From sequence record SRR20825019_361: a DNA stretch of 64,000 nt. One strand, 5' to 3'. A program made the position numbers and the translations under genes. Below are positions 48,241 to 58,695 of the stretch, piece after piece. The notes below the pieces were generated by a model. It had not been told where the DNA came from. It saw only the letters and a list, made by a program, of their open reading frames with translations, and did no database searches. Numbering within the stretch: position 1 is the first letter of the stretch; each line of letters opens with the position of its first letter.

Positions 48241-51200
48241 TTGACTAGGACTAAATTACTACGTATGAAAATAGCAGTAACATTGCTGCTTGCAAGTTTG
48301 ACTTCATTTGGGCTTTACGCGCAAGAAGACACTACTTTGATCTACCCTATTGATAACAATATTGACCCAACTCAATCAACTCCGCACAGTTTTGATTTGG
48401 GAGATCCATCTGGTGTAAAGCAGACAATCGTCTATGACCCAAAAACGGGCACCTATGTTTTCAAAGAAACCATTGGGAAATCTGAATTGAATTTTAGAAA
48501 TCCTTCCATGATGACGCTTGAAGAATACCTTGAGTATGAGCGCAAAAAAACCATGGCGGACAATTGGAAGGAGAAAATTGACGAGCAAACAGAAGAAAAT
48601 CAACCGTTTGAATTTCCAATTACAATTGGAAGTAAGGTGTTCGAAAATTTCTTTGGATCCGATCAGATCGTAATTCGACCAGCCGGAAGTGTGGAAATTG
48701 CTCTTGGGGTCAATCACTCAAGATACGATAACCCAATCTTGCCTGTGAAGCAACGAAGAATCACGCGTTTTGATTTCCAACAGCAAATTAACCTCAATTT
48801 AGTTGGACAAATAGGAACGAAACTAAAAATTGGAACAAGCTACAATACACAGGCAGCTTTTGATTTTGACAATATTTCAAAACTAGAATACACTGGAAAT
48901 GAAGACCAAATAATGCAGAAAATTGAATTAGGGAATGTGGCGATGCAACTGCCAACATCTTTAATTCAAGGTTCTCAAACGCTTTTTGGTGCTAGAACTC
49001 AATTGAAATTCGGAAGAACAACTGTTGACCTTATTGCGGCTTCGTCTAAGGGAAGAAGACAGGAAATCAATATTACTGGAAAAGCTCAAATTCAAAAGTT
49101 TGAACTCAGCGCAGATAATTACGAGGCAAACCGTCACTATTTCACCAACTTGTATTTCCATAATCACTACGATGAAGGAATGTCAACGCTGCCAATTCCG
49201 AATACCACAATTAATCTTACAAGAATTGAGGTGTGGGTAATGAACCGCACAAACGAAACGCAAAATACACGAAACATCATTGCATTCTCCGATTTGGGTG
49301 AAGCGAAGCTTGAAAACTGTGAGGGGAATCCTGGAGCATTTGGACCTTCGGAATTACCAGATAACGATGCAAATGGTTTGTATGCTTGGGCTTCAACACA
49401 ACCGTTGATCCGTGGATTTAACAATGCCGTTGCCGCACTTAATTCTCAAGTAGCTGCACCAGGGCCATTTACTCAAGCACGTCACTTTGAAAAAGTGGAA
49501 AACGCTCGAAAACTATCTCCTAGCGAATTCACATATAGCGCGCAATTAGGGTTCGTTTCGCTAAATCAACCGTTGAACAATGATGAAGTTCTCGCGGTGG
49601 CTTATGAGTACACTTACCGAGGAGAAAATTATCAAGTTGGAGAATTTTCAACAGATGGAATTTCTGGTCAAGAAGCACTCATCGTGAAATTATTGAAGCC
49701 AACAATCACCAATCCGAACAATAAAACGTGGGATTTGATGATGAAAAACGTTTATTCTATCGGTGCATATCAAGTAGATCAGCAAGGATTTAGAATGGAT
49801 GTGTTGTACAATAACCCTGAGACATCCTTATTGGTACCGTTTTTCCCATTGCCAGGAGTTGATGATAAACAAATCGTTACGTTGATTGACATGGATAAAC
49901 TCAATCAGAACAATCAACCATTCTCGGATGGTGTATTCGATTTTGTTCCAATTGAATTTAACGGAAACAGAGCAGAGAACGGAGGTACAGTAAACGTAAG
50001 AAATGGACGTGTATACTTTTCTACCATCGAACCATTTGGTAAAACGCTTGGCGCTAAGTTATCTTCTGCTGGAATTCCAGATGTAACGATCGATCGAGTA
50101 GCATATACTGAGCTATATGATTCTACAAAAACAGCAGCTCAGCAAATTCCAAGTAAGAATAGATTCTCGTTTAGAGGGGAATACCAATCATCAATTTCTT
50201 CAGATATTCCGTTGAATGCGCTTAATGTTCCAGAAGGTGCTGTCACGGTAACAGCTGGAGGTATTAAGTTGACAGAAGGAGCGGACTTTACAGTGGATTA
50301 CAACTTGGGTCGTGTAAAAATCTTGAACGAAGCTTACTTGAATTCTAATACTCCAATTAAAATTTCGATTGAAAGTAATTCGGTTTTTGGATTCCAGGCC
50401 AAATCGCTGCTCGGGACCAGGATTGCGCATAGGTTTAGTGATGACTTAAATGTTGGAGCAACTTGGATGCGAATGATGGAGCGACCGATCACTCAAAAAG
50501 TGGATATCGGAAGTGAACCATATAAGAATAATGTTCTAGGTCTTGATGTTCAGTATAGAACAGACGTGCCGTTCTTAACCAAACTAGTCGATTTTCTGCC
50601 AGTCATTTCAACAAAAGAGAAATCAAGCCTATCCTTCACAGGAGAGTTTGCCCACTTAATTCCAGGAACACCGCGTGCTATTGCCAAAGGAGGAACTTCG
50701 TATGTTGATGATTTTGAAGGAGCACAAAGTTCTATTGACTTAAGGTCGTTTACAGCATGGCACCTTGCATCGGTTCCAAAAGGACAACCTGATTTATTTC
50801 CAGAGGCAACGAATACAGATTTATCGGCTGGTTTTAAACGATCAAAAACATCGTGGTACGTTGTTGATCCTTTATTCTTCCAGGCGAATAATTTGACTCC
50901 ACAACACATGAAGGATAATCCTGAACAGTTGTCGGATAGTAGAATTAGAATCGTAAATCAAAATGATATTTTCCCGAATTTGGAATTGCAGTATGGGTCT
51001 ATTCCAAATATTCCTGTCCTCGATCTTGCTTATTATCCTAAAGAGCGCGGGATGTATAATTACGATACAACCAATACGGTAAATCCTGACGGAACATTCA
51101 TTGATCCTGAAAATCGTTGGGGAGGAATTATGCGTGCGCTTACTACGAATGATTTCGAGCAAACAAATATCGAGTTCATTCAGTTTTGGATTCTTGATCC

Positions 51201-54200
51201 GTTCAACGACGACGCAGAAAATCAGAACCCGAATACTTTACACAGTGGAGGAGATTTGTATTTTAACCTTGGTAATTTATCCGAAGATGTACTGCCTGAT
51301 TCACGACGTAGTTTCGAAAACGGTCTTCCACCAACAGGGGTTTCTATAAATGATAACTTGGATACAACGGCTTGGGCGAGGGTGTCTACCTTCCAACAAA
51401 CAGTAAATGCATTTGATAACGATCCAAACGCTAGAGTAAATCAAGATGTTGGTTTAGATGGTTGGAACAATGCCGATGAGCGTGCATTTTATACTTCGTA
51501 TGTAAATTGGATTCAATCAAATCCTACACTTGATGCCACGGCAAAAGGAAGAATGTTAGAGGATCCATCGAATGACGACTACAACTATTACCGAGATGAT
51601 GAATACGATAAGGCTGCCTTATCTATTCTCGAGCGATATAAAAAGTACAACGGAATGGAAGGAAACTCTCCGACCATAGAAATGTCCGATACGGCCAATG
51701 CAGATGGATACCCAACTCAGGCAACGAATAGTCCAGACATTGAGGAATTCAATAACAATAATACCTTAGACGAAACGGAGAGTTATTTCCAATACAAGGT
51801 AAGTTTGAGAAGAAATGACCTTGTTGAAGGACAGAACTATGTAACAAATGTTCAAGAGTTTCAGAATGGAACTAAAACAGAGCGTTGGTTGCAATTTAAA
51901 ATTCCAGTAAAGGAATTCGAAAAACGAGTTAACGGAATTCAAGATTTTAGAACAATTCGATTTATGCGAATGTTCTTGAAAGGATTTGATGAAGAAGTGG
52001 TTGTTAGATTTGCGCGATTGGAATTAATCCGTGGAGAATGGAGAAGATACGTTGACGATTTAACTGAACCCGGAGATGGAGTTACAGTGGATCCTAATTT
52101 GACATCATTTAATATTGGAGCACTTAACTTGCAGGAAAACGATCAACGTGATCCAATCAATTATGTTATTCCACCGGGAATAACTCAAGAAGTAGATCCA
52201 TCACAAACGTATCAACGTCAATTGAATGAGCAAGCACTTACACTAGAAGTGTGTAACCTTCAAGATGGTGACGCACGTGCTGGATACAAGAACGTTCAAT
52301 TCGACGTAAGAACATACAAGAAATTGAAAATGTTCGTACATGCTGAAGAAGTGACTAAACTGAAACCGTTGAATAATGATGATGTAACAGTTTTCGTGCG
52401 TTTAGGAACGGATTTCACGGAAAACTATTACGAGTATGAGCTTCCAGTGAAAGTAACACCTTGGGGAGCCACAATCGATACGGATGTTTGGCCTGAAGCG
52501 AATAATATAGAAATCGTATTCGAAGACTTATTGAACCTCAAGAAGGATAGAAATGCCTTGATAGAATCGGGTAATTCGGGAATCTCGTATACAATAGAAT
52601 ACAGTAAAACGGATCCTGAAAATGACCAGAGATTAATAAAAGTAAAGGGAAGTCCGAACCTTCAAGGGATCAGAACAATAATGATCGGAATCAGAAACCC
52701 AAAACAATCTTCACCAAACCCTTGGTCGGACGATGGATTAGCAAAATGTGCTAATATTTGGGTGAACGAACTTCGATTAACAGACTTTATTAGTGAAGGC
52801 GGATCTGCCGCAGTAGCTCAAATGCAAGTGCAATTAGCAGATTTTGCAAACGTGAATGTTTCTGGTAACTACTCCGGAATCAATTGGGGATCGGTTGACG
52901 CTAGAATCCAAGAGCGCCAAAGAAATGAGCAAATTGGCTTCGATATGAATGCAAATGTTCAATTAGGTCAATTCTTAGGTAAACGCGCTAGAGTTTCACT
53001 TCCGTTCTTCTACGGATACTCGCTTGGAATCATTAATCCAGAGTACGACCCATTCAACCCAGATGTTCGTTTGAAAGATTACGAAGATATTGAAACGCGA
53101 AGAGAGCGTGCTCGTTTGGGACAGGATTTCACAGAAAGAAAATCATACAACTTCACGAATGTTCGTAAAGAACTTAAGGCTGGAGCCGATAACCATATTT
53201 GGAGAATTTCAAACTGGTCAGCTAACTACGCTTATTCTGAGAATTTGAGACGTGACTTCAACACGAATTATGATCGTACAAAGACTTGGAATTCCTCGTT
53301 GAACTATAACTATTCATTTGCAGCGAAACCTTTCGCGCCGTTTGAAGATGTTAAATTCATGAAAAAGTCTAAGTGGTGGGGAATTGTAAAAGATTTCAAT
53401 TTATACTATTTACCAAAGAACATTTCTTTCTCAAACTCAGTACTTAGAACATACAATGAGCGACAAGTAAGAAATAACATCGTTCCTGATTACGAATTCG
53501 CACCAGTTTATATCAAGCGTTTTGATTGGAATCGAACGTATAAAATGGATTATGACATCACTAAGAAATTGAAGTTCGCCTTTAATTCAACAAATAGATC
53601 GATGTTTAAGGAAGGAAACGAGCGTGTAGATCGTCGCTTAGATCCAGAAGCTTATCAGCAATTTAAAGATACTGTTCGTTCGCAGTTGGGAACCTTCGGA
53701 ACAACAATGGATTATGGACATGACTTTAGCTTCAAGTACACACTTCCTTTGGAGAAAATTCCTGCAACAGATTGGATGACGGCAAATGTTGGGTGGAAAG
53801 GTTCTTACAACTGGCAACGTGCTCCACTTGGTCAAGCTGATTTTGGAAATACGATTCAAAATAGTCGTGATATTAATATGACGACTCAGTTGAACTTCAC
53901 TTCTCTTTACAATAAAGTTCCGTTGTTCAAGAAGGTAAATAATGGTGGTAGACCAACCAGAGGAAGAGTTGGTGAGACCGTGAATTCTGGAAGCCCGCAA
54001 AAATCTCCATCACCACTTGAGGGTGAAGATCCTGAAAACATGACAGAAAAGGAGAAGAGAAAAAAGGAGCGCAAAGAAGAACGAGAGAAGAAAAAGGCTG
54101 AGAGAGAGAAGAAACGTGATGGTGCAGTTCATCCAGTAGTTGGAATGGCTTCTCGACTTGTAATGAGTGTTCGAAATGTTTCCGGAACGTATTCGATCAC

Positions 54201-55530
54201 GGATGGAACGTTGTTACCTGGGTATAATCAAGAAGTTGGAGTGTTAGGATATAACCCTAGTTTCAATACGGGAATGTCTGGGTTTATCTTTGGAAATCAA
54301 CGTTACGATATCTGGGGTAAAGAAAATGGATATAACATTGCCACTCGGGCAGAGGAAAATGGATGGTTAGTCGCTAATGAAAACCTGAACAGACAATTCA
54401 CAAATACCCATACGACGAACTTAAATCTAAGAGCGAATTTAGAGCCGTTTAAAGATGTTTCGATTGAATTAACAGCAAACAGAACTTACGGAAGTAATTC
54501 TAGTGAATTCTACCGTTGGAATGATGTGACAAGTCAGTTTGAGAGCCAAAGTAAAGTGGAAATCGGAACGCTGACGTATTCAAATGTTTCAATTGGTTCC
54601 GCTTTTGCATTGATCGGTAAGGAATTCGAATCGAGTGTATTTGATCAACTTCTGGAAAACAGAAAAGAAGTATCTAGTATTCTTGGTGGTAGCAATGGCA
54701 ATTCATCACAACTGTCTTCTGGTTTCTACGATGGTTATGGAGGAACACAGCAAGAAGTAATTACAGGAGCATTCCTTTCATCATACACGAACCGTGGAGT
54801 GAAGGAAAAAACAATCAACCCTGTTCAGAACTTACCATTACCGAACTGGTCAGTGAACTACAATGGATTGAGCAAAATGAAGTTTGCTAAGAAATTCGTT
54901 AAGAACTTTGTGATTCGTCACGGGTATAGTTCTTCGGTTTCAGTAGCTGGAATTCAAACGAACTTAAATGCTGCCTTCGATGCAAACGGAGGTGCAACAG
55001 CGCGAGATTTGAACAATAATTTCCTCGCAGGAAGTCAAATTCAGAACGTGGTAGTTACGGAGCGCTTTAATCCATTAATTGGTTTCGATGCAACATGGAC
55101 GATTAAAGGCCAAGGCTTGATCACGAAGTTTGAGTATAAGAAGGACAGAAGTGCAACGCTCTCATTGAACAATAATCAAGTGACGGAAGTGTTAGGTAAA
55201 GAATGGGTGATTGGTACAGGATATCGATTCGCAAAAGTGAAATTACCTTTCGAAAAAGTTCCTGAAAGTCCTGTGAATATTAGAGTCGACTTCTCATTTA
55301 GAGATAACTTAACGGTAATTCGAAAAGTAGTTGAAAACAGCAATCAAGCAACGGCTGGTCAGCAAGTGATCTCAATTAAATCATCTGTAGATTACAACTT
55401 GTCGAAAAACTTAACAATGCAGTTCTATTACGATCAAACGTTGAATACTCCAAAAATTCAAACATCTTATCCAACTGGAAACTTAAGTACTGGTCTAAGA
55501 TTGAGATTTAATCTAGCCGGCGTTCAGTAG
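48241..55530 (+). CDS. sprA: T9SS outer-membrane translocon SprA/Sov (start could be ATG 48265)
   Basis: 2429 aa; FDFQQQI, YEANRHYF, WDLMMKNVY, SYVDDFEG, RWGGIMR, WVNELRL; ruvA-sprA adjacency. Confidence 0.95.
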   Translation: MTRTKLLRMKIAVTLLLASLTSFGLYAQEDTTLIYPIDNNIDPTQSTPHSFDLGDPSGVKQTIVYDPKTGTYVFKETIGKSELNFRNPSMMTLEEYLEYERKKTMADNWKEKIDEQTEENQPFEFPITIGSKVFENFFGSDQIVIRPAGSVEIALGVNHSRYDNPILPVKQRRITRFDFQQQINLNLVGQIGTKLKIGTSYNTQAAFDFDNISKLEYTGNEDQIMQKIELGNVAMQLPTSLIQGSQTLFGARTQLKFGRTTVDLIAASSKGRRQEINITGKAQIQKFELSADNYEANRHYFTNLYFHNHYDEGMSTLPIPNTTINLTRIEVWVMNRTNETQNTRNIIAFSDLGEAKLENCEGNPGAFGPSELPDNDANGLYAWASTQPLIRGFNNAVAALNSQVAAPGPFTQARHFEKVENARKLSPSEFTYSAQLGFVSLNQPLNNDEVLAVAYEYTYRGENYQVGEFSTDGISGQEALIVKLLKPTITNPNNKTWDLMMKNVYSIGAYQVDQQGFRMDVLYNNPETSLLVPFFPLPGVDDKQIVTLIDMDKLNQNNQPFSDGVFDFVPIEFNGNRAENGGTVNVRNGRVYFSTIEPFGKTLGAKLSSAGIPDVTIDRVAYTELYDSTKTAAQQIPSKNRFSFRGEYQSSISSDIPLNALNVPEGAVTVTAGGIKLTEGADFTVDYNLGRVKILNEAYLNSNTPIKISIESNSVFGFQAKSLLGTRIAHRFSDDLNVGATWMRMMERPITQKVDIGSEPYKNNVLGLDVQYRTDVPFLTKLVDFLPVISTKEKSSLSFTGEFAHLIPGTPRAIAKGGTSYVDDFEGAQSSIDLRSFTAWHLASVPKGQPDLFPEATNTDLSAGFKRSKTSWYVVDPLFFQANNLTPQHMKDNPEQLSDSRIRIVNQNDIFPNLELQYGSIPNIPVLDLAYYPKERGMYNYDTTNTVNPDGTFIDPENRWGGIMRALTTNDFEQTNIEFIQFWILDPFNDDAENQNPNTLHSGGDLYFNLGNLSEDVLPDSRRSFENGLPPTGVSINDNLDTTAWARVSTFQQTVNAFDNDPNARVNQDVGLDGWNNADERAFYTSYVNWIQSNPTLDATAKGRMLEDPSNDDYNYYRDDEYDKAALSILERYKKYNGMEGNSPTIEMSDTANADGYPTQATNSPDIEEFNNNNTLDETESYFQYKVSLRRNDLVEGQNYVTNVQEFQNGTKTERWLQFKIPVKEFEKRVNGIQDFRTIRFMRMFLKGFDEEVVVRFARLELIRGEWRRYVDDLTEPGDGVTVDPNLTSFNIGALNLQENDQRDPINYVIPPGITQEVDPSQTYQRQLNEQALTLEVCNLQDGDARAGYKNVQFDVRTYKKLKMFVHAEEVTKLKPLNNDDVTVFVRLGTDFTENYYEYELPVKVTPWGATIDTDVWPEANNIEIVFEDLLNLKKDRNALIESGNSGISYTIEYSKTDPENDQRLIKVKGSPNLQGIRTIMIGIRNPKQSSPNPWSDDGLAKCANIWVNELRLTDFISEGGSAAVAQMQVQLADFANVNVSGNYSGINWGSVDARIQERQRNEQIGFDMNANVQLGQFLGKRARVSLPFFYGYSLGIINPEYDPFNPDVRLKDYEDIETRRERARLGQDFTERKSYNFTNVRKELKAGADNHIWRISNWSANYAYSENLRRDFNTNYDRTKTWNSSLNYNYSFAAKPFAPFEDVKFMKKSKWWGIVKDFNLYYLPKNISFSNSVLRTYNERQVRNNIVPDYEFAPVYIKRFDWNRTYKMDYDITKKLKFAFNSTNRSMFKEGNERVDRRLDPEAYQQFKDTVRSQLGTFGTTMDYGHDFSFKYTLPLEKIPATDWMTANVGWKGSYNWQRAPLGQADFGNTIQNSRDINMTTQLNFTSLYNKVPLFKKVNNGGRPTRGRVGETVNSGSPQKSPSPLEGEDPENMTEKEKRKKERKEEREKKKAEREKKRDGAVHPVVGMASRLVMSVRNVSGTYSITDGTLLPGYNQEVGVLGYNPSFNTGMSGFIFGNQRYDIWGKENGYNIATRAEENGWLVANENLNRQFTNTHTTNLNLRANLEPFKDVSIELTANRTYGSNSSEFYRWNDVTSQFESQSKVEIGTLTYSNVSIGSAFALIGKEFESSVFDQLLENRKEVSSILGGSNGNSSQLSSGFYDGYGGTQQEVITGAFLSSYTNRGVKEKTINPVQNLPLPNWSVNYNGLSKMKFAKKFVKNFVIRHGYSSSVSVAGIQTNLNAAFDANGGATARDLNNNFLAGSQIQNVVVTERFNPLIGFDATWTIKGQGLITKFEYKKDRSATLSLNNNQVTEVLGKEWVIGTGYRFAKVKLPFEKVPESPVNIRVDFSFRDNLTVIRKVVENSNQATAGQQVISIKSSVDYNLSKNLTMQFYYDQTLNTPKIQTSYPTGNLSTGLRLRFNLAGVQ

Positions 55531-55970
55531 TGAAAGTTCGAAAAGCAGAAAGAGGTGACGAGAACGCAATCCTAGAATTAGTGCTAGGGTTGGCGAAGTA
55601 TGAAAACGCAGAGGACGCAGTAGAAATTACTGCGGACAAGCTCGGCGCGGATTTGTTCGATCACAATTACTGTGATGCACTTGTTGCGGAGGAAGATTCA
55701 ACCATTATTGGATTTGCACTCTTTTATACATCGTATTCGACGTGGAAAGGGCCTTGCGTTTACCTAGAAGATCTTTTCGTTCACGAATCTATGAGAACAA
55801 TAGGTGCAGGTGGAGCTTTATTCGATGGTGTTGTAGCAATCGCAAAAGAAAGAAATTGCCGCAGGATGGATTGGCAAGTGCTGAACTGGAATGAGTTGGC
55901 AATAGATTTTTACAAGAAGCGCAACGCTATTCTCGATGAAGAATGGATCAATGGCAGATTATTTTTTTAA
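55530..55970 (+). CDS. GNAT family N-acetyltransferase (SSAT-like)
   Basis: LAKYE, YSTWKG..VYLEDLFV, WQVLNWN..AIDFY. Confidence 0.9.
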   Translation: MKVRKAERGDENAILELVLGLAKYENAEDAVEITADKLGADLFDHNYCDALVAEEDSTIIGFALFYTSYSTWKGPCVYLEDLFVHESMRTIGAGGALFDGVVAIAKERNCRRMDWQVLNWNELAIDFYKKRNAILDEEWINGRLFF

Positions 55971-56012
55971 CCTAGTTGGGTACAAATAACCATTTCTTTA
56001 CGTCTCATTTAT

Positions 56013-56900
56013 ATGCAAAGAATTCTAATAGCAGGAGGAACGGGACTTATTGGACGCGCACTTGAAAACAAGTTGATTCTTGCGGGCTACGAAGTGTTTG
56101 TGTTAAGTAGAACGCCTCAAGGAGCAAATCAGGTCTTTTGGAATCCGCAGGAGAACAAAATTGACTTGGAAAAGATTCGTTCAACGAATGTAATCATAAA
56201 CCTTTGCGGTGCTGGAATTGCGGACAAACCTTGGTCTAAGAAACGTAAAAAGGAACTGCACGATTCACGAATTATACCCGCAAATTTCCTGTTCTCTCAG
56301 AATAATGAGTTCCCAAATCTGAAACAGTATATTTCGGCATCTGGAGTTACTTGCTACGGGTACAATAACACTGAAGCAGCTTACAACGAAAACGACAATT
56401 TCGGGAGCGATTATTTATCACAGCTTGTAAAAGAATGGGAAGCTGCGGCAGATCAATTTTCTCCAACAATGAAGGTGGCGAAATTGAGAATTTCGATGGT
56501 GCTATCAGACAGCGGTGGAGCACTCGATAAACTCTCGAAGGCGATTAAGATTGGTTTTGGGTCACCAATCGCTAGTGGTAAACAATGGATGACATGGATT
56601 CACATCGATGATCTTGTTTCCGCCATTGAACACACATTGGTAAAAGAACTCGAAGGCTCATTCAATACGCTTGGAGGTTACGCAACGAATGCCGAATTCA
56701 TGAAAGCATTGGCGCGTAAGCTCAAAAGACGCATGTGGATGCCAAACGTCCCAGCGTTTTTAATGAAATTGATTCTCGGAGAAATGTCCGAAATGCTCGT
56801 AAATGGAGTCAAAGTATCTAACGAGAAGTTACTTAACACCCAGTTTCAACTAGAATATGCAGATTTAGACGAGGCTTTTGATGCTCTCGAACTAAAGTAA
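56013..56900 (+). CDS. TIGR01777-family NAD(P)-dependent epimerase/oxidoreductase
   Basis: GGTGLIG, INLCGAGIADKPW, SGKQWMTWIHIDD. Confidence 0.9.
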   Translation: MQRILIAGGTGLIGRALENKLILAGYEVFVLSRTPQGANQVFWNPQENKIDLEKIRSTNVIINLCGAGIADKPWSKKRKKELHDSRIIPANFLFSQNNEFPNLKQYISASGVTCYGYNNTEAAYNENDNFGSDYLSQLVKEWEAAADQFSPTMKVAKLRISMVLSDSGGALDKLSKAIKIGFGSPIASGKQWMTWIHIDDLVSAIEHTLVKELEGSFNTLGGYATNAEFMKALARKLKRRMWMPNVPAFLMKLILGEMSEMLVNGVKVSNEKLLNTQFQLEYADLDEAFDALELK

Positions 56901-58217
56901 TTCGTTCGCTAAATTCGCCAATTCGGAGCGTTCTCCTTTTTCGAGTTGTACGTGCGCAAACAGTTCTTGTCCTTTCAAACGATCTACCATATATGCCAGG
57001 CCATTACTATTTTCATCCAAGTATGGCGTGTCAATTTGGTTCACATCACCTGTGAATACAATTTTCGTGTTTTCACCGGCACGGGTAATGATTGTTTTTA
57101 CCTCGTGAGGTGTTAGATTTTGTGCCTCATCAACGATGAACATAATATTAGACAAGCTGCGACCACGAATAAAGGCAAGCGGGGAAATGACAATCTTCCC
57201 TCCCTCTTGCATCTCTATAATTGCTTTGTGTTTGCGCTCATTTTCTCCAAATTGGGATTTAATGAATTTCAAGTTGTCCCATAACGGCTCCATGTATGGT
57301 CCAATCTTATCGTTCGCATCTCCTGGTAAAAAGCCAATTTCTTTATTGGAAAGCGGAACAATTGGTCGTGCAAGTATTATTTGATGGTATTTCTTGTGCT
57401 GTTCGAGGGCAGAAGCAAGCGCTAAGAGCGTTTTTCCTGTCCCAGCTACACCTTGGAGTGCAACGAGTTTTACATTGTCGTTAAGAAGTGCGTTAAATGC
57501 AAAAGCTTGTTCGGCGTTTTTTGGCTTGATTCCATACACGAACTCTTTTTCTATTCTCTCGAGTTGATCCATCAGTGGATTGTACACCGCGAGTGAGGAA
57601 GACTTTCCATTTTTAAGAATGTAATAACCATTTGCAATTTTATCATTTCCAAGAATTCCCTCTTCATCTATTTTTCCCTTTGTAAAGATTTGTCTGATTT
57701 GCTCTGAATCTACGTTTTCAATAATCTTTATTGAAGATCGCATCGTTTCTTCAGCGGCGACTTTTCCTGTTTGATAATCTTCCGCAATAATTCCCAAGGC
57801 TTTTGCTTTAATGCGAAGATTAATGTCTTTTGTAACGAGGATGACATCTTTTTGCGACTCGTTTTGCTTCAGCCACAATGCAGAGTTAATGATTTTATGG
57901 TCGTTCTTCCCTTTGGAATAAATGATTTCGGCATCTAAACCTTTGGGAGTGGTTTCAAGGATAACTTTAAATTTTCCTTTTTTCACCCCTAGGCTAATCC
58001 AATCCTGAAGACCATTTTCGGCAGAAAGTTTGTCGATGGATCGAATCACTTCTCGCGCTGAAAAATTTTTGGTATCGTTTCCGATCTTAAACTTATCTAG
58101 CTCTTCCAAAACGGTAATTGGAATCGCAACGTCATTGTTCTCAAAAGATGTGATTGATTGGTGATCATGCAGTAAAACAGAGGTGTCTAAAACGAAAATC
58201 TTTTTCTTTTTGGCCAT
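56892..58217 (-). CDS. PIN-PhoH (PhoH2) family ATPase
   Basis: PIN FVLDTSVLLHD, VTKDINLR; Walker A GVAGTGKT; RGRS, DEAQN, GDVNQID. Confidence 0.93.
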   Translation of the reverse strand: MAKKKKIFVLDTSVLLHDHQSITSFENNDVAIPITVLEELDKFKIGNDTKNFSAREVIRSIDKLSAENGLQDWISLGVKKGKFKVILETTPKGLDAEIIYSKGKNDHKIINSALWLKQNESQKDVILVTKDINLRIKAKALGIIAEDYQTGKVAAEETMRSSIKIIENVDSEQIRQIFTKGKIDEEGILGNDKIANGYYILKNGKSSSLAVYNPLMDQLERIEKEFVYGIKPKNAEQAFAFNALLNDNVKLVALQGVAGTGKTLLALASALEQHKKYHQIILARPIVPLSNKEIGFLPGDANDKIGPYMEPLWDNLKFIKSQFGENERKHKAIIEMQEGGKIVISPLAFIRGRSLSNIMFIVDEAQNLTPHEVKTIITRAGENTKIVFTGDVNQIDTPYLDENSNGLAYMVDRLKGQELFAHVQLEKGERSELANLANELL

Positions 58218-58350
58218 AGGGTGATTTTTCCTATTAAGTTAGGTTGTTCTCGGAGTGCCACGAATTCTATTTTCGGGAGTTATTTACAAGAGATTGTTAA
58301 TGCACGCGTTTTATCAATCTATGAGGATAGATTTCTCCTGCTCGAAATTT

Positions 58351-58695
58351 CTAATGGGTTTTATCAAAGGCAATCGCAGCGTCGAGAATCGTCAGAATTT
58401 CTGCAATTGTTTGGTCGTTTATCTCTTCGAAATAATAGTGTCCAACCAATACGCGTTCGCCAAAATGAAGTAAAGGGTGAATTTCCGGTATGTGAATGCC
58501 GTAATAGACCGCAATTAGTGACTTACCTTTTTGGACATCGAGAAACACCAAGTTTTTACGGAGGGCATAGAATGGAAGTCCATATTTAAAGCTATGAACG
58601 ATCCCAGGATGTGCATTTACGAGAATTTGGTGAGTCTGCTGAACTAGATCCGCCTTCTCTTTTGCTTTGCGTTCAAGAAATAGTTCTAGACTCAA
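58351..58695 (-). CDS. DUF1801-like small protein
   Basis: KYGLPFY motif; ATGA overlap with the upstream gene. Confidence 0.65.
   Translation of the reverse strand: MSLELFLERKAKEKADLVQQTHQILVNAHPGIVHSFKYGLPFYALRKNLVFLDVQKGKSLIAVYYGIHIPEIHPLLHFGERVLVGHYYFEEINDQTIAEILTILDAAIAFDKTH

Noticed and set aside
58221-58589. Plus-strand ORFs of 122 and 72 aa, and similar short antisense ORFs across the window
   Set aside because: They overlap better-supported genes on the opposite strand and show no recognisable motifs.
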